Shown: piece by piece, positions 13,371-25,400 of the stretch
Numbering within the stretch: the stretch's first letter is position 1
Layout of the letters: every line of letters begins with the position of its first letter
Source of the DNA: Asterias rubens
Taxonomy: Eukaryota
NCBI RefSeq assembly: GCF_902459465.1
Contig: NC_047064.1
Location: 14,942,001 to 15,006,000 of the forward strand
Length of the DNA stretch: 64,000 bases
Direction: 5' to 3'
Position numbers and translations under genes: made by a program
Notes under the pieces: model-generated
The model's input: the letters and a program-made list of their open reading frames with translations, nothing else
Told to the model about the DNA's origin: nothing
Database searches by the model: none

Positions 13371-13409
13371 GACTACAGAGATTGTACATCATGTATAGCT
13401 TTGTAGGTC
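13371..13409 (+). promoter_or_regulatory. Collagen 5' stem-loop around the start codon (LARP6-type translational element)
   Basis: CTACAGAG (13373-80) pairs with CTTTGTAG (13399-406). Inside lies ATTGTA-CAT-C-ATG-TATAG, giving the same 6-nt and 5-nt bulge spacing as the human COL1A1 element as I recall it. Confidence 0.75.
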
Positions 13410-13475
13410 TATCCACCCGTTACAGGCGGTTACTCCTGGTCATAGCTGTTCTGTTCACCATAGCCGAGGCCCAAT
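13391..13475 (+). CDS. Exon 1: signal peptide [28 protein letters not shown]
   Basis: ATG at 13391, hydrophobic core and AEA|Q cleavage-like site. Phase-1 donor T|GTAAG at 13476 matches the phase of the VWC exon. It lies within the collagen 5' stem-loop. Confidence 0.9.
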
Positions 13476-16400
13476 GTAAGTCAATTTTATTTTCTATTTT
13501 TTTCCCCCCCAAGTATAAAGTTTCCAAAGAAGTTGTGTTTTTTTTTTTGTATTCTTGATTCAATCTCATGCATGATGGTAAAGTCAACAAGCTTACTTGT
13601 GTGTTTGGAAACAAAAAAACTTTGAGCACAAACAAAACAAAATGTTTATGAAATTTTTTTATCCTGTGTTTTTCACAAAGTTTTTTTAAAATTTTATTGC
13701 ATGCTTTTAAGAATTACTTACAATCTGAATGATGTTTTATCTCAAAGCACTTTTGAAATGCTCTGCATGCCTGCCTCTCTCCCACATACCCCCTAACGAT
13801 CCTTGCCAAAATCGCTAAAAAATATTGTGGTTTATTACTTGATTAAAAATTATTTACGGACCCAAAAAAAAATTCAATTGTGAATGGGTATTTATCATCT
13901 GTAATCGTATATTCTTTTGTACAGTGGGAGAACTTGTGTGGACAAGTTCATTTGTTTTTTAAATAGTCTTTTGTTGTTGTTCTATCATTGGGCTGTACTC
14001 TTCGAAGTTCCAGTTTGAGAAAAATTCCTTCATTGAACAGACCAGTTGAAACAAAAGTCTACTCATCGCAAAGCAAATTATTGTACATATTTCCAGTTCC
14101 AACTGTTTGGTGATACTTTGTTTGAAAAAACATGTTGTTTTATCTATGAATACTTCCATGTCAAGAATTTTGGTTTTGCCGTAAGCGGCTTCTACCGATT
14201 GCAAACCAAACGCAGAATATGTTTTCCATAAATCAAGTCTTCAAAATGATAGAACGTCTGGTGGATATGAGTAACTTTAAGTTGTTGTTGATTGTACCCT
14301 GTTGTCCGTTGTTCTACTAGCTCCAAGGTAGTCCATCATTTATAGCCTCAGTGTGTTAGACTCTGGGAGTGATCAGATAGCAGTGGTTTGAAGTTGGTGA
14401 AAGCAAATCACACGTTGACTCGAGCGATGACATGTAAGGGACACTTGATCAGGAAATGATCATTTAAAGACTAAATCTTGATTCAGGACAGAGCTAATGG
14501 TTCCAAAACAAACACACTTCAAAACTGATAGAAGATCGTTTCCACTATTTTGAATTCTCTGATTGGATTAGATTGTAGCCTTTGTACAAAAGATCGTTGT
14601 AAGAATTGTCTTGAAAAAAATTTGGACTGATAAAAATCCGTTTATTTTATTTCTAATTGGTGAAACTGAAAGGAATCACTTGCTGGTGGTTGAGTTTCAC
14701 ATTTTGCAAACTTGCCTAAAGTTGATCTTGTCTGTTGTAAGAGAAAAACCGTTCAGAGAACAATGCAGATACTTATAAAGATTGTGTTCTATTTCTATCC
14801 ATTTAAGTATTCCATGTTTTACCAGACATATCCCCTCCCCTGAAAACTAACCCTTGTGTGACCATAGCGGTCACAAGCTTGTACTGAAATGCCCTCAGTG
14901 GAAGAAAACAAAAATTATTGGACTGATTCAACCTTTTTTTCCAATGTTTCCCATATTAAGAAAATTAAAATCATTTGGTTCCTGAATAATTTTCACGACA
15001 CTTTTCCTGAAAATAACAGGGCAAAAAATCAACAAGATTAACAATGCCAGGGCGTATGGTGATGATTAAATACATAAATTAATGGTCTTGACAGGACTAC
15101 CTTTTTCTTTCCAGTCTGCTAAAAGCAATTAAACATTTTAAAAGAAACTCCCTAATGAAAAACACTTGCTACATTTACAATTTGTTCAACACCAATTGGA
15201 ACACACTTTGCCAAGTATTGTCTTGTCTCGCCCCTGTTTAATATTCATGAAAGAGAGGGAGGAGTCAAGTTTTTGATTGACATTTGGTTTTTGTGCTTTG
15301 TAAGAAATAACTGCTGGCTCAGCAACTTGGATCAAAAGGCTTTAAAGTTATGTTTCTCTGCAAGCTCAATGAAAAGTTCCTTTGTTCAAATTTCTTTCTT
15401 TTTTACTAGGATTCATATGTAGTGATCTTGTTATTAGTTGTCGTCTTTGTTGAAGATTGTCATGAAGTTGTTGGAAGAGTTTCTATGTGACTTATTTTGT
15501 GTTTTCTTGAGATGTTTATTTGCTGGGTGGGGGTAGGTAGTTTCAACGGAAGGAAAATATTACCAAACCCAGTTTTATGTTGTTGAAGATTGTCTTGAAG
15601 TTGTTGGTAGAGTTACTACCTGTTTTGTGTTTTCTTTGCATGTTTGTTTGCTAGGGGTGGGTGGCTGTGTTGAAGATGGTTTCAGCACATGGACAATTTT
15701 ACAAAAACCTAGATTGTTTTGGGGAACTTTTCAAAGTTGTGTGAGAATATCACTCGGTAAAGGCAGTGTGCCAAGTCTACCCAATTTGAACAGCTAAATC
15801 AGCAACTTTTTGTGAGATTCTTGAATGACCCTGAAGGATCTGGCAGATGCTGAGGTACCCTCTGACCTGACAAGGCTGATATTAGTTCCACTTGCTCTGG
15901 GATCAACCAAAAAGCTAATAACTCCCCTCCAAGATTGATTAGAGCAATTTAAACTTATGTTCCCCCCTAAGGATTGCCCTGCTCTCGTTTTTTGTTGTCT
16001 TTCTTTTGGTGAGCATGTAAGTTTAACAAGGCTTGATCGGGTTTCCAAATGACAAACCGAGCAACCCTGAAATTTGGGCCCCAAAGAAGTCTCCAATTGA
16101 ACTCATTTCTTTGATAACAGTCATGGGACAAATATTTTGAATTATACCCTCCTCTTTTGTCAAGGCTACTGGTATTTCACATCATCTTGAAATATCATCA
16201 AAATGCAGGGAAAACAAAGTAACTTGAAAGATCATTTTTCAAAACTGTTTCCTCGGGGGGACACAAAGACCCAGCGGCCAGCCTGTCAGATTAGTTGAGC
16301 AGGCATAATGGCAAACAGCCATAAAACTTGGGGGAAAGAGTTAACAGAATTGACTTGTGACCTCGGTGAAGCTGGTTTGGGCCAATCAGAAGTTGCCTCG

Positions 16401-19400
16401 CAAAAGCAATTTAACAGCTGACGTTGCAAACTGGAGTCTGGGCCTTGCTCTACGGTGTAAAGGTTGGCCATAAAGGGGAAGTCACTGGGAAGGTCAAAAT
16501 ACAGATGGGTTTCCCATGGATTTGGATTTGGAAGGCCATTGAGGTATTTTTTTTTTTTTTTTTTTTTTTTTACTTACTACTTTTTTGTATACTACCCAGG
16601 GTTCCAAATTACTACAAAGAGAGAAAAAAAGGAGGTCACATGATTTTGCTCTGTCAGCAAATGCGTGGGGCAAAAGGCTTTTCTCAGCAATTTTTGCTCT
16701 GAAGGTAGTAAACTGTTGGTCGATCGCGCACACAGGTACACATGGGAGGCTCTGATTGGTTGTACTGTTGGTCGATCGCGCACACAGGTACACATGGGAG
16801 GCTCTGATTGGTTGTACTGTTGGTCGATCGCGCACACAGGTACATATGGGAGGCTCTGATTGGTTGAAAGTGTGTTAGTGTTCTCTTCTAACTGATTTTG
16901 AAGGAGAAAAACAAAGCCTCTGATTCGGTTGGGAATGTGATTCTGTTTCATTTTGTTGTCTTTGTATTGTAAATCAGAATGTAGTAGGCCTATGACATTC
17001 TGTAAACAGTTTCTAATTAAAAACTGAAATAGATTCAGCCACGCATGGATGTATTTTTATGAAGTAAAGGCAATTTCCTAGTCCAGGTTTCTTTGTTCAA
17101 TTAATTTATATTTTAATTTTCAAAATTTTTATATAAGTCTTTTCCTTTGCAACCTGTTGGAGTTACTCTTCATGAAAATGAATACTCTGAGGTTAAAAGA
17201 AATTGCAAAGTTTTGCCTTCCATCTAGCAGTTTCCCTTCGACTACCAATTAATTTTGTTGTCGCTTTCATTTCTTGCATTGATCCCCCTGAAGTTTCTAC
17301 TCATTGGTAAATTTAAGCACTTTGCAGTTGTTTGCTGTTTCATTGCAGAGCGATTAAGCGTTGAAGATTTGCAGTCATTTGAAAGTTGCAGTCATTCCAA
17401 AACAATAATGAATGAAAAAGTATCGCTTGTGATATCTGAACTCTTTGTTTTTATCAAAGATGATCACGAACTTAGAACGCCAGCAACTTTCATTACTGTA
17501 GATTATCTGTACTCGTTACTGATTTGGTGTTTGTTTTCTGTAACTTTTATGTTGCATTTGCATGGACAAGCATGTTGTACATACAAGTAAGCTATGGTGG
17601 TTTGATATTGAACACCACAATTTTTTTTCACTTTTCTGAAATTTACTTTTTTTTTTTTTTTTTTCTATTTCTAAAACTTTGGGCTTCTTTAGCTTTTCTC
17701 GGAATGATCATGCATGAGATTGAACTCTTTATCTAAAAATTCTTGTTGGCATGTTATAAGTGTTTTTTTTAATTGTATATTTTGTTGATTTTGTTCTTTT
17801 GTGTATTTACTGTATTGCATGTTTGCCTGTTTGAAATGATTTGTTATTGTATTGAATTGCATTTAAAATGTTATGCTTGTTTTTGATTTTGCATGATGTT
17901 GATGTTCCTGTGTTTTTTTAATTTTTATTTTATTTTTTTAATTGCATGCATGACCAATTGTTTGAAACTGTCTGTCTTTGAACTAAGTTTCTTTCCAAGA
18001 TTTCTGTCAAGTTTCCACCTCTAAAACACATGTCTCAAAATTACTTTTGGACTGCATGATATGTTTCAGAAACTGCATGTCTCGTTTAATTTGAACTGCA
18101 TGACAAACAAAAGTTACATGCGTGATGTTTTGTAACAGCAAATTTTGTTCCAAAAAAATAAGCGCACATTTATGTGCAGACATTGATAGAGAGAGAAATG
18201 TCTTCTCAAACGTTTTGCAGCGTTCCTTTTTTTTTCTTCGGGAAGGGCCAAAAACTTATAAATATTTGTAGACGATTGCCCAAATCGAACCCCCACCCCC
18301 ATAAAAATCTTGAATATGAAGGAGCACAAAAAGTGTTATTAGATGTTCAATTTTTTAGATATGCTCTGTGATTGGTTAGCTGTGCTTGACTGACCAGTCA
18401 TCAGCCAATGTACTCCAATCTAGTAATTAGGAGGAATTATTGGCAGAAATGTTGAGTTTAATGGTTTTGTTATTTGCATGTTTCGATTTCAAGTTTTAAA
18501 GGTTAGTGTTGATCCATTTTTAGATTCAATTAAAAAACATTTCATGAAAATGAATCCAGATTTCTTCTAGAATTTTTATTTTTTTTCTGTCGGAAGATTT
18601 AATTTGAAAATATTGTTTTAGACAATAGTATTTCTGCAAATATTCCATCTGAAGATTTTGTTCCGATCTTTGTTTCTTTCCATAAAACAAGTATAGCTAA
18701 ACATTTTGCAAAATGGATCAACAAAAACCTAAGATTTCTTTCATTTCATTTTGATTTTATGTTGATGTTTTAGTTACTTTCTGTGCAGTCATTATGGTCC
18801 ACTTGTTTCTCCTCCGGGACTCTGGCTTCCACTGATCATGTGACCCAAGTCACATGATTTCTTCCCTCCTTCAAGTAGAAAAGGCTCTACAGTTCGAACC
18901 TGGTGACTTTTCAAAACAAAGAGTTGGTGTTGTTGATTCCATATATGCTTTATCCATCTTCATACCCCTGTTTCTATGGCCTCCTCCCCTCTATTGTCAT
19001 ACAGAGCATTCTGTAGCCTCCCATGTCATTCTGTTGCCTCCAAGATCTGCAACCTGGTTGCATCATTTCTTACATTTTCCTCGTCTGTCTGTAACCTCCC
19101 CTCCTTATTGTAGTTTCCATATCATTCTGTAGCCTCAAAGATTTTTTGTGAAGCCTCCTGTTTTTACCCGCCACCGTTTTGTAGCCTCAAACCTCATTTT
19201 GTTGTCGCCCACATCATTGTTTTGACTTTTGTTGATAGTAGTTTTGACCGCTGTTTTGAAATTGTTTTTAAAGTAAGAGAAGTTTGTCTTTGTTTGATGT
19301 TGTTGACGGATTTTTGTGTCTGCTCTCCACACAACCATTAAAGTCTCCTTTGCCATTTTTGTATTCTTTGTTTGTTGAATTACGGAGAGTAGAGTGGCTT

Positions 19401-22400
19401 GGAATCTTGTTTGTGTGAGGATGTGAGTGAGGTTTTGTGTTTTTTAAACAGTTTTATGAACAGTACAGAAAACAATTTATCCACAACTAAAACTTCAATA
19501 GAATAAGTAAAGGTTGATGTAAACTTAAGAAAACAATAAAAGTATGAGACATGACTTTTGCTGACGTTGGGTTTTGACATAAAAACTAAACACAGACCCA
19601 GGTACTCAACCCAGGTGTAGTGCATTTGTTTTTTTTTGTATTTGAAACCTTCGAACATAAGTACATAAACATGTAAAATTGTCCTGGTCAAGACCAAAGT
19701 AAAAAAAAAAAAAAAAAAAGTTTGATGACAAGGAAAGTGGACCCGGAAATGAAAACTTTGAATTTGTGGAATACTAAATGATTAAAGAATATTTAGTTTT
19801 GGTCATGTCACCTTGAAATCTTTTGAAGTTACAACTTGGATTTATACCCATCCATCCATTGATTTAACACGGGAAAAAAATCCCATGATATCGTTGGTGG
19901 GCCTTAAAAATGAGAGGCGGTTTGCTGCGGAAAGTTTAAAAATGTTTGATCGTTCACCCTTGCCAAATAAAATTTAATATTGGCATTGATTGAGTTTAAA
20001 ACACCGATTCAAAACGACTATTGAAAATTGTGATGATTTTGAAACTGGATAGTTCGCGTGCCACATTTTGGTTCCAGTGTTGCCAGGAGCTGAGGAAGAT
20101 GCCTCGTCGTCGTCAACGTCGTACTCAAGCTCGACATACTATGAGAATCATCTTCCGTGTTTTCACTTGAACGAGCTCTACATGCACGGATCTGAGTGGA
20201 AGTATAATGATTGCACAACGTGCTTTTGCGATAATTCCACAACTAGATGTGACATGGAGAGTTGTCCGCGATTACCATGCTCTGAACCTATCAAGCTTGA
20301 GGGTGAATGCTGCCGAAAATGCCCTTTCTGTAAGTAAGCTTTTGAATCAAAGGGGAAATTAATTTACTTCTTGGTGGTTTTATTTAAGAAAAATAAAGAT
20401 TAAATTCTTTTAAATTTAAGGGCCTTTTTAGTTAAAAATTGCATTCTCAAATTACTAAGGAAGTAGTGTTTTTTTAATAACCTATAAACTGTATAACCTT
20501 ATAACCTAAATTTTGTTCAATCAAATGATGCCCATAAGAAATTCCAATGACATTGAAATGGCATTAATCATTTCCGGCCCCTATTTCTTGCTAGATGTAA
20601 TGACAACTGCAGTATGTTTGAATACTTTTGTGAAATCAAATTATGCCGAAAAAGGAAGTCCGACAAAAATGAAAAAGCCACTAATAACTTCCCGCCCTTT
20701 TTTCTTGCTAGATGCAATAATAACTCAACTGTCGCCCTCATTGACGGGGGCCTCAGGATCTGTAGCAGAAGGAGAGGAAAACAGAGTCCAACTTGATCTC
20801 GGCATAAATTTTGTCGATTCACAAGATACCACATCAATAAATGGTAAAAAACTCTGGCAGTTAAGTGTCTGGACCAGTCGAGATAAAAGGGGCGAAGCTG
20901 CGAAGGTTGGTTTTGTTGAGCAAGCCTTCTCGACGGCCCAAGAAAACACACCCTTGCTAAAGAGGAGTCCATTTCGCTTTCGCTATATAAATTACCCGAT
21001 GGACTTGACGGGTGAGAGATGTTCAGATGTTAAGTTCATTTGTGTGAGATTGGCACAGGGGGAGAAGCCAAACCCTGATTTTTTCTTCAGTGCTGAGCCG
21101 GATGATGAAGTGTTGAAGGAGTGTATTGAAGCACCTGCCTGTCATGGTAAGTGTGTACTGTAAAAAAAGTTGTCCGTTTGTCATTTAAAAAAAGTCAAAA
21201 GCAACTATTTGAAGTTTTCTTCATTGTATATTTTGTATGCGGTGACACCATGTGTATAGCTGCTTGCTGGGTAGATTATGTTCTTTTGAGAACTGTCTTG
21301 CTATTTATTCTAATGCTGCAGAATAGATTTCTTTTTGGAATTTGAGAGATTTCTTGGTTCCAAATAGAACTGGTTTAAGTAGATAATGCAAAATGCCGTG
21401 AGCCCTGAACCAAATAAACAATGATATCCTGACCATGAAAAAACTTAAATCCCACAGTTTTCTTCATGTTTTTGATGTTTTCTTCATATCTTCTAAAATG
21501 ATCTGAATAAGAAATGATAATAATGCATTTTTACCTCAATATTTCTGTGGAGGGTGCTGCTGCAACTTACGCCTACAACAATATTTTCTAACTCTTTTGA
21601 TTTCAGGTGTTGTCATAAGGGGTCTGACATGGAGCTACAAAGCAATGACTGTAATTGCTGGTCAGGCAAACCCACTCTTCATCAATGCAGTGGCTCACTT
21701 CACCTCCACCAGTAGTAGTGTGTCCGGGAACAGACTATGGCGTCTTGGTATTTTCGGATCCAAGAATGAAGAGGGGACCGGGGAACGGTTCAACTACGTC
21801 CGACAGACACTGCCAGCAGCAGATGCCAATATGCCGTTGGTGGACGGAAACGATATCAAGTATGCCGATGCTATGGCAGAGTTTGATATCGCAGCAATTG
21901 GCTGCAATGGATTCAATTATGCGTGTATGGAGCTGACGAAAGGGGACAAGCCATCCCCCGATTTCACACATTCGGTTTTGGATGACGAGGACGGTGACAA
22001 TATTCTGACGCTTTGTGAAATGGCGACATGCAGAGCTGGTAAATATAACTTACAAATTGAAATAGTTTCCTGAAATCTTTTTCTAAAACTTTGCCTCAAC
22101 TAGAAATACAACAACTGAAAAGTTAAATAGCTTTCTGCAAATGTTTTCAAAACTTTGCCTTATCTAGAAATACAACAACTAAAAAACTTCTACTATAAAC
22201 AATCAAAAGAAAATAGAGAAAGACTATTCATGTAAATTGACAAGTTTCTTATTCTTGTTTTTGCCCAGTATCGCACATTTTAGATATTGACACTGAGCTT
22301 AAGTATGGGTCGATCCTTGATAGTCGTCCTATCAACCCCTTCAGCATCACCATGGAGATCGATGGTGGAAATGTTGGAGCGGCAGGCGAGGACCTCTGGA

Positions 22401-25400
22401 GAGTCAGTGCCTTCGGCAGCGAATCGCCCGACGGGCTCGGGGAAAAGTTTAACGTCCAGTCCCAAGTCCTGAACGAGGAGCAGCAGGACATAACGTTGGA
22501 ACTTCTTCGACCGATGGATCTCGGTCCCGTCAATTTCAATTTTGACATGACCGATCTGACTTGCAAACAGGTCAAATACATGTGCTTGTCGTTCAGCAAG
22601 CTGGACGAGGCCACCACAGTGTTTTCGTTGCATCCTGTCCCAGACGAAAGCGTTCTCACACAGTGTGAACCGACTCATTGCGAGGGTAGGTAACAAAGTA
22701 GCATTTCAGTAACCTTCTTTAAAAATTGTAAATTAACAACATCAAGTGTGCACTTTTTATCTCTGTTCTGATTGAAACGGCTTTTTATTTGCAGTTTGTA
22801 TGTAAGTGTTTAATGTAAAAAAGGATTTTAAAATCACTTGATGAAGGTATGGTGGTCCCATATCTCTGAATTGAAAATTTGTGCATAGATTGCAAATTTT
22901 TATCTAGAATATGCATTTTATTTAGTTTGTGTTTTAAACATTCAAGTTTTTATATGAGTTTCTTAGAAATGTGAATTTAAGATTGTGATGGTCTTTCTTT
23001 TTCTTGTTACTTTCTTCTTCTGTAGCTGTTTATGCTCGTCAGTTAGCCTGGGACTACGAGTCCGAGGAGATCACTCTAGGAATGAAAACTCCACTCGTGT
23101 TGAGTAGCACAGTCCACTTCACACCAACGGGTGAGAATGTCACAGGCACGGACCTGTGGAAACTCACACTCTTCGGAGGGAAAAACAAACGGGGGACAGG
23201 GGACAGATTTACTCCCACCGAACAGCTCCTCGATGCCTCCCAATCTGCTACACCCTATTATTCGGGGTCAACCCTACAATTCGACGGCATCTCGACCAGG
23301 TTTGAACTGGGGGCGTTGGGATGTGCCGAGTATGACTTCTTCTGTATGGAGTTCTCACAGGCTGAGAATTCTCAACCTGAGTTTCATTTGCTGTACGAGA
23401 CGAACACGACATCTTTAGTTCATTGCAAGAGAATGGAATGCTCATCAGGTGAGTGCTTTAATGGCTTCAATATTGGTGTACTTAGTCGTTTTTGATTGAG
23501 GAAATCAGCCGGTAAATAAACACAGGAAGAGGATGCTTGACTTACTGTCGCCAATTGTTACGAGCCTTAATTAAAATCAAACTTCAAGAGAATAACAAGT
23601 TTTTCAGACACAGTTTTTAGAAAACACTAGGAAACGACGTCATTACTTATTCAAACCAAGGTTATAAAATTGAAAGGGTGTGGTTAAATTAGCATTGATA
23701 AGCCTTTGGAAGACTCTGCTTGGGTCGAAACGTCAAGCCATTGTCTATCTTTAGCCTGAAAATAATATATGCGGACATGTCTCTAACCTTTTAGTTTGAA
23801 TTGCCTCTATTCTAGATTCTAATTTCGCAAATGAAACTATTTTTCGATCGAGCAGGTTTCAGAAATTTGATAAAAGGTCTTTAAAATATGTTTCTTTGGA
23901 TTCGTCTTGCAGTGTTGTCAGCGGAAAACTTCCAAGCCCAACTCGTGAAGGGCTCCATTGTCGATGGCCGCCGCAGCAACAGGCTACAGCTCAGAGCCTC
24001 AGTTGACAGTACCGATTCTGGCATTGAGGGCGACGATCTCTGGAAGATGAAGGCTTACGGCAGCACAAACTCTGATGGGAGTGGGGTGAGGTACAACGAG
24101 TTGGACCAGGTGCTGACCAATCTTCAGCAAGACACGGGCGTGGCAGCTCATGATACCCTGAACTTTGTTCCTATCGGTCTGAATTTTGATATGGAGGAAC
24201 TCGGCTGCAGCGAGGTGAAGTACATCTGCCTGGAGTTGCAAAGGGACCCCAGCTCATCTGTGATTTTCTCTCTGGAGTCTGAAGGCGGGCTAACGAGGTG
24301 CATGGAGTTGAGATGCGAAGGTGAGTTGTTTCATCAAAACCAGAAATTTAGTTTATTTCAATCGGAAATTCCTAAGCATTCAAGGAGCATGCAGTTGTGG
24401 TTAATTAAATGTAAATCTTAAAAAGTTTGAAAAATGCTCACTCTTAATGAACAAATAAATCAATTGTGGTTCATCTTCTTTTTGTATTTGAACTAAATCT
24501 AAACAATCGTAGGGTATTTTCTTTTCTTACATTTACAATTTTTAAACCCTGAAGAAAGGCACTCTAAAACTTTGAATTGGTGGGCAAAAGAAGATGTACA
24601 AAAATGTCCACATTATATTTATTGAGAAAATAGAATGAGCTGTTGCAAACTGTTTATCAACAAAAAGCACCTGTGGTATAAACGCAAATAATTGGTATGG
24701 CCTGATGGTTCAACCCTAGCAGAATCTGTCTCGAAAATATATTTATTTAAACATGTTTTTGTTTTGTCATTTAGGTGTTTATGCTAAGAGTGTTACCTGG
24801 GACTATCAACCAGGGAGTATTACCCTAGGCCAAGACAGTCCTCTGGTAGTCAACGCAATGGTAGAAATGGCCAACATGGGTAGCCCGATCTCCGGATCCA
24901 GCCTCTGGCAACTCGGCCTATTTGGCAGCAAGTCCCCAACAGGCGAAGGTCGACGCTTCAACGCCAAGAGACAGATTCTGAGTCGGAGTCAGGAAAGATT
25001 GGATTACGCCAAACTGGGCACCACGCTAGATTTCAGCAATACGGGCACCATCTTTGATATCGGAGCAATCGGCTGTACAGAGTATACCCACATCTGTGTT
25101 GAGTTTGAGCAGTCTCAGACGCCGAGGCCCGACTTTTATTTCTTCACCGAGGATGGCTCCTCATCTCTGGTTCAATGTCAAGAGAGATCCTGCAACTCAA
25201 GTAAGATTTAGGAACATCTGTTCTCTTTCCTCCTAGAAAATAATTGTTATCAAATTTTGTTGGTATTATCAAAGGTATTGAAAAGTGTGTATTTTTAGAA
25301 AAAGGACTTGGTCTAGTCTTTGATTTTGAAATGGTAAATCAAAGGACTAGGTCTAGTCTTTGATTTTAAAGAATCAATTACTTTCAGTGATCACACAAGA

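Noticed and set aside
15794-16096. 100-aa minus-strand ORF in intron 1
   Set aside because: No recognisable motif, start context or splice support; consistent with chance.
16494-16951. Repetitive ORFs across the 52-bp repeat, and its resemblance to a CRISPR array
   Set aside because: The units are contiguous with no unique spacers, the context is a eukaryotic intron with no cas genes, and the ORFs merely translate the repeat.
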